In this document: positions 45,501 to 55,386 of the stretch, piece by piece
Numbering within the stretch: the stretch's first letter is position 1
Layout: every line of letters starts with the position of its first letter
Virus record (IMG/VR): IMGVR_UViG_3300025009_000080
Coordinates: 1 to 64,000 of that record
Direction: 5' to 3' (one strand)
Source of the DNA: a virus
Length of the DNA stretch: 64,000 nucleotides
The notes under the pieces: model-generated
What the model was told of the DNA's origin: nothing
Databases searched by the model: none
The model's input: the letters and a program-made list of their open reading frames with translations, nothing else
Program-made: the position numbers and the translations under genes

Positions 45501-47630
45501 TGTTTCGGTGCTTTGGGTTGTGGTTTCGGCTGCTGTTTGAATGGGTTCTGTGGCTTTGGGGTTTGTTGTTTCATTGGTTTTGGATTTTATTTCTACTGAC
45601 TCTATATTTACGGGTGTGACTGTTTCCGTTTTGGAAATAGTCGGTTCTGGTGCAGCTTCTATCCCTTGTTCTGACTTTGGTGCTACTGGTGTTTCAGGAG
45701 TTTCTGTCTTTGGAGTTATCTCTGCTTTTGGGGTTTCTTTCTGCTCTAATTTCAGTTTCTCTAATGCAGAGATTATTTTCTTTTCATCCTCTGTCAATTC
45801 TCTCTCAGATTCGACTTTTAATTCTTGCTCTGTGATTGTTTTGATTTCAGGTTTGATCTCTGTATTGTATATTTCAGCGGCTTCTGGTGGTACGTCCTGA
45901 ACCATTTCGGATACCTCTGTGTATTCTTCTTCTGTTAACGGTTTGCGTTCGGCTATCTTTGTGTATAGCTTGTCTACTTTCTGCGCAATGTCCTTGACTG
46001 CCTTTGCGTTACCTACGTTTTGGGATACCGCTTTTGCACCATGAAGTATTAGCATAAAGCCAACCATGTCTCCAACAACAAGGGATTCTTTCCCTAATTC
46101 TGAATTTGGTGCATCCATTCCCATTGCAGTTCTCGCTGCTGTTACCGGAGCAAGAATTGTTTCTGAAATTTCGGGAGCAACCATATTAGCTAATCCAGCC
46201 TGAGCATTGAATAATGCCAATTCGGGAATCATTAACTGAGAAATCATTTTCCTTTTACCAAGGCTGCCCGGCATAGCATACGTACCTGCCGCCATGCCAA
46301 GTCCCCACATACCCCCAATGAACATGACTGCCCTTGTTCCGGCAGAAAGCTCCTCTACTTCTCTTTTTGTTATTCCAGGTGCTATCTCGTTAAAGACTTC
46401 TCTTTCTCCTTCTACTGATTGTTGTATTTTGTTTATTGCCTCGCTTGCACCCTGAAACCCACTCATTAAAAGGGAGAATCCGTTGTACGGACTTGACATC
46501 AGATAGTCAGGCATGGTTTTGAGAGTAGCTGATATTTCCTGATCCTGTCTCTCTTTTGTCTTAGCCTTGCTTTGTGATAAGGCAGATTTGTAATTGAATA
46601 AGTCAATGTCGTATTTCGATCCCTTAACTCCATTCCCTGCCGGGACTTTATCCAAATCAAGGTTCTTCCCAACTACTGCTTTAATCCTGTATGCCTCCGC
46701 TAAGTCTTTCAGTCCAGATTCATTGTCAGAAACACCGCCAATTGACTTAATATATTTGTCAGCATTGGCGTATGCAGATATTGAATTCCCTGATTCGAGC
46801 TCAATTCCGGCTTTGTCTAAATACAAACTTGGGTTTACTGATTGTTCTTTGTCTGATAACTGTATTGCTGTATCAATACTTTTAAGCGCATTTGGATAGT
46901 CCTGTCTTGATTTAAGGTTAAATGCCTTTAGTCTGTGTAAATATGGATCATTAGGGTTTATTGACTGAGCTTGCTCTATTAGCTTATCAGAAACGTCCAT
47001 GTCACCGCCTACACTCGCTTCATAAGCTATACCCCTAACTCTGTCGTAAAAATCTTTGTCTACAATATCCTGCGATTCCTGCATCGTTGGCAGCTTCCAG
47101 TCCATTGATGGCTTCATGCTTCTATTAACAGGAAGTATCCCAATGGCTTCTTCTGGTGTTAAAGTAGAGTTGTAATCAAATTCGGCAATTGGTTGTGCTA
47201 AATTCCTTGCTTTTATCGCTACTGAATCGGCATATTCTTTCTTTAATTGATCCATTAACCCGGACTCAACCCATTGGTTTCTTTGCTGAACAGGTTGTTG
47301 TGCTGCCGGGATTGGGGTATCAATAACAGGTTGTGCTGACTGGACTGTATCAAGTTCTGGTAGTTGTACTTCTACAACTCCCTTTGATGGGTCTTGTGTT
47401 GTTGGTTGTGTCTTTACTGCGGTTGGTTGGTTGGCATCAAATCCATAAGACTGATACCATTTATCAAATGGTGCTGCTATTGTTTTTGCCGAAATAGCAT
47501 TATGAATTTCACGAGCCTTATTTACGTCTCCAATATCTGAACGGAATGTATTATAGTCAGTGGAAACAATGCCACGACCTTTTAAGTTCTCGTAGTTGAG
47601 CTTCAGTAACTTTTCGTTAATTTCCGGCAT
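39546..47630 (-). CDS. giant ejected/polyvalent virion protein (TPR region, ART-PolyVal-like domain)
   Basis: 2694 aa; TPR-like N-terminal region; GTYLST...NPYVID...GYDSI...LIVFD; C-terminal GWKPYSIK..WWSY. Confidence 0.7.
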   Translation of the reverse strand: MPEINEKLLKLNYENLKGRGIVSTDYNTFRSDIGDVNKAREIHNAISAKTIAAPFDKWYQSYGFDANQPTAVKTQPTTQDPSKGVVEVQLPELDTVQSAQPVIDTPIPAAQQPVQQRNQWVESGLMDQLKKEYADSVAIKARNLAQPIAEFDYNSTLTPEEAIGILPVNRSMKPSMDWKLPTMQESQDIVDKDFYDRVRGIAYEASVGGDMDVSDKLIEQAQSINPNDPYLHRLKAFNLKSRQDYPNALKSIDTAIQLSDKEQSVNPSLYLDKAGIELESGNSISAYANADKYIKSIGGVSDNESGLKDLAEAYRIKAVVGKNLDLDKVPAGNGVKGSKYDIDLFNYKSALSQSKAKTKERQDQEISATLKTMPDYLMSSPYNGFSLLMSGFQGASEAINKIQQSVEGEREVFNEIAPGITKREVEELSAGTRAVMFIGGMWGLGMAAGTYAMPGSLGKRKMISQLMIPELALFNAQAGLANMVAPEISETILAPVTAARTAMGMDAPNSELGKESLVVGDMVGFMLILHGAKAVSQNVGNAKAVKDIAQKVDKLYTKIAERKPLTEEEYTEVSEMVQDVPPEAAEIYNTEIKPEIKTITEQELKVESERELTEDEKKIISALEKLKLEQKETPKAEITPKTETPETPVAPKSEQGIEAAPEPTISKTETVTPVNIESVEIKSKTNETTNPKATEPIQTAAETTTQSTETGQPTETELSKAEVVKEINSKPLSHVSGLVMGAGEAEGTYLSTEKGNRYSKSDKQSDVQQASVSVENPYVIDAKSGEGKSLIDLQNEALPLAIESFIKDNPNINKEEARSFASFDQAYENYPDLEPYVAKQVTKGLKEQGYDSIYHREVDSQEGMLIVFDKNKVTIHEKPNIVFTSSNGKYEIEKKGSSLTVRGKHGKEIPSRVKGKDGKNKENSEYRTVINEYIDSIDLDKGETVENKGLLSSGMNELDAMKEVASGSDNPREVAIGYERASAIPANHSAKEDAIRKHIGHISKESWIKEGDKNKLTRGIRFTYIRKGGEGIEQVAQRASLDMEGVEGGELVTTEDVVNFIKDYEYLQQYDTKMSPLMKDLNNRFIDLTGISLTNGRINKRLFSKEIDGKRLKPNDQKQGDKMPDVLADEINKYGISKELLDDYYDELHKVLTEEEYNALQKSFYETETGERNEVPEMGSAATDEAPSLTAKQQASIDKIQRDYEATKAELKAALASAKKRRSQKEAELDNRSGIFGDTKDTGGNKDLQSDFEYNKETKKKALQSFDNEIGAIQKQIDTNESSLQSKIDKVKQQTEIDWSEKAISALENLKVDTKDKLFDATLGIPVAAWNTAIDIVIAGVKAGKAIEVGIKEAIDYIKAKHPDADESEITKKIKGVTDMFMPEQPKKVIEPVKETLPPAKPKEPVSDTGIPDGMKERGGARSVLDNPDIRPELKEILMNNDKARFYVPREIEVSKAEATAIIQARGLESTIKMMEDNPRDPSIHPITRTLLRSESINEANRLFIESYGKKSEATRYYSELADRAIQTYTQKGTEIAQELRAMGEFTIPERELFKAQLAAKEQRNKKVKDNEGSIKTKKKGLDDANAEAIDGVLKDKDVSSKVGKVVGKTPQKPAEPKTFKTLVEKERAYRKDLLKGFKKSDLFLATAGGFSPKAIELVGNLTASYVREGAFRTAEIAVLLAKQFKKEFGVDIDPKDFEKHIPDKIEGKDWGQIETDGLKKQADKETEDAANTLAQRIVRRLSSKPKAYDPVRDMINTLFGKVDEKLEPQKGAETKPTIETIGEAIANKEQYKEVWEASKAEVESRIDNMEISDDVKADMKDQLQGYYDEIIGKPYSERQVGKAVKEAMKSMDETINDIIRKHYSEVDATRRSLTEKLIEEAGVSGEDARLLTQSVASAFERLTLRAKQNALRKSLTTKERIFESPKKIKATHEAMIELSNMGAFDDAEFTRMYAEKMGLPEITPEQAIEIKRLAQRVHDAPQGEPKNRAITDLLNYQAKLPGIDWGDVGTGFWYANMLSGISTQQKNVFGNMSNHLLALTEEAIQNPSAIPFLIYSMSTGYGRGAMKFRDVMKTGYAPIRGKSVEVGNVLEQWEFDGKYNPANAAKYVPRIMFGADAMNYEAGKDLRAFSLAKRIAAQNGIKFFNSKDGTFFNNKAVWQEVDRILNRTPEAYKEAEKIALEEAEVSIKELPSNMTSKQRTRAEKWMRTTGAKIRAYELLEMGRDKSIIDDTNDFAAKLTYNHNTEGNAGLLSDAVSYLANAMRLRVPIPFTGKTISVRPGKFIVPFTRIVTNVMTRSADFFPPVALYRGIKGGVGWESLENTRFGGKYVKYTPEERSKAFIRAGVGLAASTALYLMTQEDEKGESAIQITANGTRDWQKNKQLEAEGWKPYSIKAGGIWWSYQYTPLLLLLAPIGILRDGEKYDPDFNKETTLRKIMLANEQNIKTFGDMSFVSNVANLMNALTSPTKGQFERYMQKMAGTGKSFVLPNIVTQTSQYTQKVFDMPRKEADDFFAKMIMDIPIARNSLSDMVNVLGDPVYADPNFMFGKEKISPEAKFLNENNLFIAKPKRESEGLMLINDKTKTYEPMTDDEYYKFCKLRGQKIKSMVQMLMEMDKNTITPISNLAAEGMDIKLDTQKKIAAEYRTKALNNVKENIVNLANEQAKWELFKERTGVKAGFNRDIQSIINESENE

Positions 47631-47641
47631 CGCTTGTATGA

Positions 47642-49507
47642 TTAATTTAAGTTACCACCCGTAAGTTCTCTCGATTTCTTTGCATTAGCTTTAAAAAGGT
47701 CTTCTATTGACATTTTTCCACCCGCTATATTCAGCGGAGTGCGAATGGTAAATGTAGCAGACGGGTCGGTATTTGGCACTGGAGCTCCCGACATGGTGTA
47801 TTTTTTGCCAGTTTTCTTTTTCAAAACATAGGTTGTTTGAACTCCATGATCTGCCATACCAAGGTAGGTATCAGCCATACCATTTGCCTGCCAATCCATT
47901 ACGTCTCCGTATGTTATATCAAGGTCTGTGTTATTCCTTAATAGCATCCCTTTTATTTTAGTAGGTGTTGCTACAAGTGGGTCTGTCCAACTTAAGTCCC
48001 CAGACTTAACGCTTTTTTCTAACCGCAATGCTGCTCCGGGATCTTGTGATTTAAGAAGATTGTATGTCTCTTGGACTGTAAATGTTTGCTCATTATCTCC
48101 AAATGATATTTGCTTTCCGGGAAACATCTGCCATGTTATGGGTGTCTTTGGAGTAACAACTTCTTTCAGGTCAACCTGCATAAATTGTTCACCGTTATCA
48201 TCTGTGTAATTAGCAAACTCGGTAGCCATTGCTTTTTGAGTGTCATTCAGGCTATTACCGGAACTAAAAGATTTCTCAATAGATTTCTTTACTGATCCAA
48301 AATTGCCTTTATCTCCCATGAATCCCATGTAGTTGTTTACGTATGACGACGGTTCCTTTCCTCCTATGTTTATGTTCATTGGTTTTGAGAGTGTACCTGT
48401 TGAGACATTTTCTTTTGCAGCAAACATTAATGCAAGGTCTCCTTTTACCTTATCCTGCTGCTGAGTAGATGTCAATTCTGGGTGCAAATCCTGAATAGTT
48501 GATTTGTTTTCCTTGTAAATAAGGTCTGCCATGTTCCAGATGTTTTGTGCCGGAACGCTTTCTCTTGAATTGATCCATTGCACAATATCCCCACCCTGTC
48601 CGCTAATACGACCTATTTCTTTTATCGCTTCTGCCTTGACTTCTGGTGATTGAAGTAGTTGGTCTGCTGCTTTGTTTAACACGTCGGTATACGGAACACG
48701 GGATGCCAATGTTTTAAGAGTACCCCAATTCTCAGTAAGGTATGTGGGATCAGAAAGTCCACGGGACGCTTTTGCTCTGTCAATGGCTGAGGCTTTTTCG
48801 TCCCGTGCTATTTCGTTTAAGTTAGTGGCTACCTGCTTACCTTGGTTAGCCAATTCTGTATATTTTGCATTAAACTCCTGAACCCTGTTCCATTCCTTAG
48901 TACCGTATGTTTTCATTTTCTCGACACCATTCGGGGTATTGGATATTTCTTGCTGAATAGCATTTAGATCAGATAGCCAGTTTTCTTCCATGGCTCTTTT
49001 GTATGCCCATGATGTCTCCGGAGCCTGAAACATTACCGGCTGATCCTGTATCATTTTCTGCCGCTGCCTTATCATGCTTGCTTCCATTAAACTTCTTTTG
49101 CGTTCATCTGCAAGAGCAAATGGGTATTTTTGAGCATATGGGGAGCTAATAATTGGCATCTGTCCTTCTGTATATCCGGCTATTGCAGGAAGCGGCTCCG
49201 TAGAATAATAATCAGCGGGTAAAGTAGCCATGGGTACATTGGCTCTCATTTGCAATATTCTCTCGTTTTCCTGTTGAGCAAGGTTTCTCATGTAATTAGC
49301 TATATCCAAATTGCCCGGAACCGCACCAATGTACTGAGATACGTTTGGAAATGTGGCAGTAACACCTTCTCCGCCAGTGATAATGCCCAATGGTTTTGTT
49401 TTAGCAACCGGATTGTCCGCTATCGGCTCTGGTGTTGTCTGCTGAGATTGCTGTTCAGTGTCGTCATTTGATCCAAAACCAAACAGTCGCTTTAAATAAC
49501 CTGCCAT
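47642..49507 (-). CDS. putative ejected core protein
   Basis: Position between the muzzle and the giant protein. Confidence 0.55.
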   Translation of the reverse strand: MAGYLKRLFGFGSNDDTEQQSQQTTPEPIADNPVAKTKPLGIITGGEGVTATFPNVSQYIGAVPGNLDIANYMRNLAQQENERILQMRANVPMATLPADYYSTEPLPAIAGYTEGQMPIISSPYAQKYPFALADERKRSLMEASMIRQRQKMIQDQPVMFQAPETSWAYKRAMEENWLSDLNAIQQEISNTPNGVEKMKTYGTKEWNRVQEFNAKYTELANQGKQVATNLNEIARDEKASAIDRAKASRGLSDPTYLTENWGTLKTLASRVPYTDVLNKAADQLLQSPEVKAEAIKEIGRISGQGGDIVQWINSRESVPAQNIWNMADLIYKENKSTIQDLHPELTSTQQQDKVKGDLALMFAAKENVSTGTLSKPMNINIGGKEPSSYVNNYMGFMGDKGNFGSVKKSIEKSFSSGNSLNDTQKAMATEFANYTDDNGEQFMQVDLKEVVTPKTPITWQMFPGKQISFGDNEQTFTVQETYNLLKSQDPGAALRLEKSVKSGDLSWTDPLVATPTKIKGMLLRNNTDLDITYGDVMDWQANGMADTYLGMADHGVQTTYVLKKKTGKKYTMSGAPVPNTDPSATFTIRTPLNIAGGKMSIEDLFKANAKKSRELTGGNLN

Positions 49508-49518
49508 TTCTTTAGTAT

Positions 49519-50187
49519 TTACAGTGATCCGTATTTCATTTTGTAGACATCCGCTACGTTAAATGCAGGGGTTGGATATGGATTTTGATATTCGGCACTT
49601 GCAGTCGTGCTTATTGGCTGTTCGGTATTCCCAAATGCACCGGGCGTAAACTTTGCGTTTTGTGTAATCTGCTCCAATGATAATCTTGGGGGTTGTGTAG
49701 TGCCACCGCCTCCTGCGTTTTGCTGTATAGCAAGTAACATATTCTGAATACCGGATGCCATATTTTGCTGTGCAGGAACGGCCTTATTTGCCCATCGGTT
49801 TGTATCGGACTGGAACTGAATATCACTCATTTTGTTGCCCATTGCACCTGCCATTTGGGTATATTGCATAGCGTTCTGTGCCACACCTGCGAGTAATTCA
49901 TTGATGTAATCAGCACCCCTGCGTTGAGCAAATGCAAATGCCATTGGGTTCCCGGTTTGCAATACCGAGTTCCCGCTACTGGCAATAAGGTTACGTGCCT
50001 TATTTAATGTATTATTGTAGGCGCTGCCAACCTCCGAATTTCTCGCCCTTCGCTGGTAATCTGCCATTAATTTTGCATATATCGGAGATACCTGCGGAAC
50101 CATTCCGTCTGCCTTTTTCTTCTCCATGTAACCTTGCAACATCTGTGCAAGACCCATTACGATTGGAACTACTGCTGCTGCTGCCAT
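49519..50187 (-). CDS. putative ejection/pilot protein
   Basis: A/Q/N/M-rich with hydrophobic N-terminus. Confidence 0.55.
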   Translation of the reverse strand: MAAAAVVPIVMGLAQMLQGYMEKKKADGMVPQVSPIYAKLMADYQRRARNSEVGSAYNNTLNKARNLIASSGNSVLQTGNPMAFAFAQRRGADYINELLAGVAQNAMQYTQMAGAMGNKMSDIQFQSDTNRWANKAVPAQQNMASGIQNMLLAIQQNAGGGGTTQPPRLSLEQITQNAKFTPGAFGNTEQPISTTASAEYQNPYPTPAFNVADVYKMKYGSL

Positions 50188-53100
50188 TATTTTATCTCCT
50201 TATATTGAATTGATGTTTGTTTTATCTCAAATCCCGCACCTTCATAAATGATCTTGAAAACCAACTGCCTGCCTTGTAATCTTTTGCAGTCAGGATCGAC
50301 TTCAATATCTCGCCTTGGAATGTATTGTTCAAAGTTAGTATAATCTTTAAGGTATTGCAAACTTTTTTCAATACTAAGTTCACATTGTTTTATACCTCCA
50401 TGTGCTTCATAGAACTCAACCCTTGTTGGTTTCAGGTTAGACGCTATCTTAGTACGGATAAATTCCTTTGCCACGATACCCGGAATTGCCTTTGCAGGAT
50501 ACCCCTGCTGTGGACTACTGACCTGCTCTACTTCGTTGATAATAGTTTCCCTGCCAATGGTGGGTTCACCAAGCAATATTTCATCTGTATATACCCTCCA
50601 CTTAGTTTTTGAGCTACGATTCCCTACGCCAAAAGTCCTATTATCGGGCATGGATATGTAGCGGTCGAAATTGTAGTCATATCGGTCATTCCAATGCTCT
50701 GACAGAATGGGGTATGCCAGTACGTGACTGTCGAGCTGTAGCCAGTATTCTTTGTGTAGCGGATCATATCCGCCTGTAATATGTGTTCCATTGGTTATGT
50801 TTTTTAAGTACGTACCAAATAAGCGATTATGAAATTTATTCCTACCAATGTCAGAAAGTGAAGTCCCTTGTAAAATATAAGCACTGTCCAATGATGCGAA
50901 CATGAGCATATTGTTTCCCTCAGTGCAACTTCTCCACATATCTTTTGGCAGTCCGACTTCATTGTTTATCAGGATTTCGCCTCCAATAAACTGCCCTTGA
51001 GTGCCAATCATTGTAGCTAATTCCGTGCCTTCTGCCTGAGCCAGAATATTCTTGCCAATAAGCAAAACAGTAATACCATGATCCGTGAGTACTATAAGGT
51101 TATTCCCCCGTTCTGAGAGATTGTCATACAAGTATTTGATTTCTCCGGTATTGTCTTTTAGGTCATAATAGTTACCCGGCAGGAACGTTCTTAAGTTCGG
51201 TGCGCCCTGAACATTCATTACTCTTTCAAGGCTGTATGCAACACGGGTTGGATACCTTGTCCTGTCTCTGTATCCCACCGTTGGCTTTGATGAGCTTACC
51301 TGGGCATTAAGCGAATGGTAGTAATCCTGATTATTTTTCCCACGGAAACGAAATCCCCCATACGTCCATCTGAACTCTTCTCCGGGATAATCGTCTTGAT
51401 ACCCTATAGGTATAGCCCCGCCAAATCCTTCAAAATTATTCCCTACACCCCATAGTTGTGGTCTCATTATGAAATGGGTAGCAGGAAAGAATTTAAACAT
51501 TGATGCCGAACCTGGCTCTCCTTGAGTAGATGGAATTTCATATTGGAAATTAAGATTAACCTTACTTTCTACAATAAATGGGACTACTAACTGTCGGATA
51601 GCCTGAATTTCAAGCTCTGAATCATAATGTGGGTTTTCGTCACCATTAAATGCCTTCCCTACGATCCCGATGTTGTTCATCTGAAATTTGTGGTATGGAA
51701 GACCAACACCAAATTCCATTGTTCCTCCTTCATTTACAGCGTTTTTTGCCCTAAATATAGGAGAGTAAATAGCTTCTCCAACGTAGTGTTCTCCGCCAAA
51801 AACCCTTACAGGCATATCGGGATCGTAATACACCCATATTTCATCTCCCTCTGCCGGAGTAAATACTCCACCAAACCCATTGTCATATCCAAACTCAATA
51901 GTAAATGTGCGGTTATTAGTATTTGTATGAGTATAAAGCCCGTAAATCGTATGCGGTGTCCCCGGAATCAAATAACTCCCATTGGCTGCGATAGCGTTTT
52001 GTGCTGATTGGGTTTCTAACTGAGTTTTATTGGTTACATTCCACCACTTCTGAGTATTAAGCTGCGTTTTAACATAAACAAATGCGTCTCTGTTAAAAAA
52101 AACAGAGTTTCCGTAACCAATCCCATTTAACGCAGGAATACAATCCTCCCACCTTTCATCAATAAGCGGGTAGCTATTGGTTGTCTTGTAGTACCTTCCA
52201 ATACAACTTCTCAATTTTACATAGCATCCGGTGTCGTAGAAATTCTTTACATTGGGCTGCGGAACAAGTGCTTCGTTATTGACTACATTGATGAGATATA
52301 GTGGTTCGTGAAACTCCATTACATCTGATTGTAAGTATTCGGAGTGATCTGTACTTGCGGTTTGATATACGTCCGATGCGAGATTCAGTTTAAAATATTC
52401 GCTAATATCACTTACTATATTATCGCCCGAATACTGACTGAATGAATCAATATTGAAATATTTCTTTGCAGCCGTATTAGCCCATGAAGGAATAGTGGCA
52501 TTTCTCCACTTTCCAAACGCAGTACACCCCCCATTACCGTGAGAACTTCCGTCTACATTAGTGAGTGCATTTTCTTTTATGATTCTTGGGTACACGCAAA
52601 TATCAACCCACTTCCTATCCGTAGAAGCGTTCCCGTCTGAGTGTCGGGCTTTACCCATATAAACCTCTGATGTGTACCCGTATGGAGCAACTACTTGGGC
52701 TTTTAGTAATCCAAAATCAATGTCATCTGGGTTAACGATACCGTTCAGGCTATCTGTTTCCGGGGAATAAAACAGCAAATTATCCAAAGATTTGTTACGT
52801 GGGGAGTCAATATCGTAAAACCCCATGCCCTGAAACTTAACCCTCCCTGCTGCTGATGTCCTTACAATAGTAAATGATGTTGCCCATGAAGGTATTTTTG
52901 TAGGGTCAATTCCTTTTATAGCTATACCTAATGAGAAGTATTCCGGTGCAAATATTTTGGGATTGTACGTAAACGGAGTTACACCATCAACCCACACCCT
53001 ATTATTGATCTGATGCCGATGCCCCGTTGTTATTGTATCCTCCTGTCCCTTTGGTGTTAACACGAAATAGCCAGTCTTATGGATTGTTCTATTCTCTAAC

Positions 53101-54638
53101 CCTCCGGTTTTTTGAATTGCATTAGCAAGGCTGAACTTTTCATAAACAGATGTATTTGGGGTGTTGCTTTCATTGCACCCCACTGGAACATTATCATATG
53201 AATACAGTTCACTTTCTGCCGACATGGTATCCCTTCGGTCAGGGTTTAGGAAATCTGATGCACCGGGCAAATCTAAAGCAAATGTGCGCTGAAGGCTACT
53301 ATCCATAAATATAATTGCATATCCGTATCGCTCCCCACTCATGGTATTACGATGGTATGCGCAGTTATATGGATCTGAATGTCCCTCTGTTCCCATGTTT
53401 TTCAATACAGACAGGACTTGGGCGTCACTGGTAAATACATCATCAATAATGCTCGATGCGTACTTTACATTACCTAATTCAAGCCTCGCTGAAAAATATC
53501 GGATTGACTTTGCGGCATCTATATTTCTCTGTGGTGTAACCTGATCCTCTTGTGTGATTTGTGATGCCTCTGCCCCAAAATCAACAAGCGTTTTAATACT
53601 GAATTCATCTGGTATAAGAGGAATGTTTCCTACAATAACCTCAGTGGGGGTAAATCCAATCGGCATTACATCCTCATAACTTACCCTTGTAAGTTGTGCG
53701 TAATCATAATTAAGTCTGTTTTCTATCCTTAGTTTAAGGACAATCCCAAAAGGAGATTGCGTACCCTCAACCTTTCCGTATATTTTATTATTCGGGTAGT
53801 GTTGAGAGTTGGTATAATTGGGTTCGTAATTATACACGACAGGGATAAGCGGGGTCGGGATGCAGAAGGCGGATAAATTCCCTTCGGTATCAACATACCT
53901 TATCCTATATGAGTGCTGCCCTACGGTTAGTCCCGGATCGCCTACAGTTGGTAAATAAATAATGGAATCAGGATAGGATGTATTTTCCGTTAATTCGGTA
54001 AATACCGGGTGATGCCCGTAGTTTTTTAACTGAATACCATATTCTGTTACATCAAATTCATTGAAGTACTTTTGGGTGCATTCGCCTATATTGGTTCCGA
54101 CATTAACCCCTGAGTTCAACAGCAGGTCGTAAACGTCCATGTAAACAGGCGGATTTTCGTTATCCGTCCAAAATATTTCTGCACCGTCCTGATTATCGCT
54201 TGCATCTAACTGTATCTCGCTGGCATAATTAAATGGTAACTGAGAGCTTGCACAGACTATTTTACCGTTTACTCTTAAAAACGGGTCGCAATTCCCGCCC
54301 TCATCTGCCCACCATTCTACTGCAATAGGATCTCCTGATACTAATACATAGGTAGCTGCTACTGCAACCCATTTCCCTCTGCTGAAATCCTGATTGTTTG
54401 ATGCGTAATAACCACCATTGGCTACGCACGAGTTATCAATGGACGGGAATACATTTACTTCACCACCAATGGTTTTGAGAATCCCAAACGATCCATCTGC
54501 GTTATTTGGACGCATATTCCTCGCTGCAAGGTATTCTCCCTTGTCAGTGTTGCCTTTGCCTAAGAGTTCGTTGTCAAGTGCTGAATTTACTCCCAAGCTA
54601 TAAGACTGATCGTCCCATGGGTGGTGTTCTGTAAGCAT
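50187..54638 (-). CDS. tail muzzle/stabilisation protein (crAss-like)
   Basis: 1483 aa; GVNS..D, EYLAARNMR, FWTDNENPP, GNVKY, GERYGYAI, GGYDPLHKEY. Confidence 0.7.
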   Translation of the reverse strand: MLTEHHPWDDQSYSLGVNSALDNELLGKGNTDKGEYLAARNMRPNNADGSFGILKTIGGEVNVFPSIDNSCVANGGYYASNNQDFSRGKWVAVAATYVLVSGDPIAVEWWADEGGNCDPFLRVNGKIVCASSQLPFNYASEIQLDASDNQDGAEIFWTDNENPPVYMDVYDLLLNSGVNVGTNIGECTQKYFNEFDVTEYGIQLKNYGHHPVFTELTENTSYPDSIIYLPTVGDPGLTVGQHSYRIRYVDTEGNLSAFCIPTPLIPVVYNYEPNYTNSQHYPNNKIYGKVEGTQSPFGIVLKLRIENRLNYDYAQLTRVSYEDVMPIGFTPTEVIVGNIPLIPDEFSIKTLVDFGAEASQITQEDQVTPQRNIDAAKSIRYFSARLELGNVKYASSIIDDVFTSDAQVLSVLKNMGTEGHSDPYNCAYHRNTMSGERYGYAIIFMDSSLQRTFALDLPGASDFLNPDRRDTMSAESELYSYDNVPVGCNESNTPNTSVYEKFSLANAIQKTGGLENRTIHKTGYFVLTPKGQEDTITTGHRHQINNRVWVDGVTPFTYNPKIFAPEYFSLGIAIKGIDPTKIPSWATSFTIVRTSAAGRVKFQGMGFYDIDSPRNKSLDNLLFYSPETDSLNGIVNPDDIDFGLLKAQVVAPYGYTSEVYMGKARHSDGNASTDRKWVDICVYPRIIKENALTNVDGSSHGNGGCTAFGKWRNATIPSWANTAAKKYFNIDSFSQYSGDNIVSDISEYFKLNLASDVYQTASTDHSEYLQSDVMEFHEPLYLINVVNNEALVPQPNVKNFYDTGCYVKLRSCIGRYYKTTNSYPLIDERWEDCIPALNGIGYGNSVFFNRDAFVYVKTQLNTQKWWNVTNKTQLETQSAQNAIAANGSYLIPGTPHTIYGLYTHTNTNNRTFTIEFGYDNGFGGVFTPAEGDEIWVYYDPDMPVRVFGGEHYVGEAIYSPIFRAKNAVNEGGTMEFGVGLPYHKFQMNNIGIVGKAFNGDENPHYDSELEIQAIRQLVVPFIVESKVNLNFQYEIPSTQGEPGSASMFKFFPATHFIMRPQLWGVGNNFEGFGGAIPIGYQDDYPGEEFRWTYGGFRFRGKNNQDYYHSLNAQVSSSKPTVGYRDRTRYPTRVAYSLERVMNVQGAPNLRTFLPGNYYDLKDNTGEIKYLYDNLSERGNNLIVLTDHGITVLLIGKNILAQAEGTELATMIGTQGQFIGGEILINNEVGLPKDMWRSCTEGNNMLMFASLDSAYILQGTSLSDIGRNKFHNRLFGTYLKNITNGTHITGGYDPLHKEYWLQLDSHVLAYPILSEHWNDRYDYNFDRYISMPDNRTFGVGNRSSKTKWRVYTDEILLGEPTIGRETIINEVEQVSSPQQGYPAKAIPGIVAKEFIRTKIASNLKPTRVEFYEAHGGIKQCELSIEKSLQYLKDYTNFEQYIPRRDIEVDPDCKRLQGRQLVFKIIYEGAGFEIKQTSIQYKEIK

Positions 54639-54641
54639 TGC

Positions 54642-55364
54642 TTATGCAGGTTGAGGGTAAACTGTAATATGAATCGGTGTTGCTGCCAAAATCCCGTCCA
54701 CAAGCGTGACTCCGGCATCTGAATATGTGTTTACGACAATAGCGTCATCACTTGAAAGCGATACCGCTACCATTCCTGCTGAATCGGCAGCAGGGATAAT
54801 AACTTTCTGATGAATGAACGTGTATCCTGCCGGGAATGAGTTTGATTTTGTTCCGCTGTAAACACCAATGGCTGTCCTTGCCCATGTAATCGCTCCAATG
54901 CCGTTTACTATACTTGTTATTGACGGTGCAGATTCATCTACATTAATAACCGATGTTGATTCCGTCCATGCCGTCGGTGTGGTTCCGGTCGCTACGAATG
55001 CAGTTCCCTCTGAAACATAACCTACGTTGGCAAAGTCGTCTCCAACTTCGAGCGTGTGAATGACATATGTAGTCCCCTCAACAAGTAATCCACTTGTCGT
55101 GGCTACATTTGCTTGCGTGAGTTCAATCATCAACTCTGCCGGGAGTGCTGCAATACTAACCTGTGCTGCCGCCAAGTCAATCCCAAGCTGATCCACTGTT
55201 GCTGACAATGCAGTAAAGTCAATATCGTCTGCACCGAGATTGTCAATGATTTCGCTTAGATTGTCAACAATGGCGTTATAGTCTTTACCTACAACTCCCC
55301 AACTTTCTGGGTGTGTAAGGTTCTTTTCCTGTTCGTTTTTTCGGAGTAATTTTGTTACTGACAT
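54642..55364 (-). CDS. putative virion/tail protein
   Basis: Late operon, between ring and muzzle genes. Confidence 0.6.
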   Translation of the reverse strand: MSVTKLLRKNEQEKNLTHPESWGVVGKDYNAIVDNLSEIIDNLGADDIDFTALSATVDQLGIDLAAAQVSIAALPAELMIELTQANVATTSGLLVEGTTYVIHTLEVGDDFANVGYVSEGTAFVATGTTPTAWTESTSVINVDESAPSITSIVNGIGAITWARTAIGVYSGTKSNSFPAGYTFIHQKVIIPAADSAGMVAVSLSSDDAIVVNTYSDAGVTLVDGILAATPIHITVYPQPA

Positions 55365-55386
55365 GGCTTAAAATATTAAAGTGTTA

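Noticed and set aside
46981-47010. GGDMDVSDKL as an RNA polymerase DxDxD motif
   Set aside because: Wrong spacing, and it lies in the TPR-like N-terminal region.
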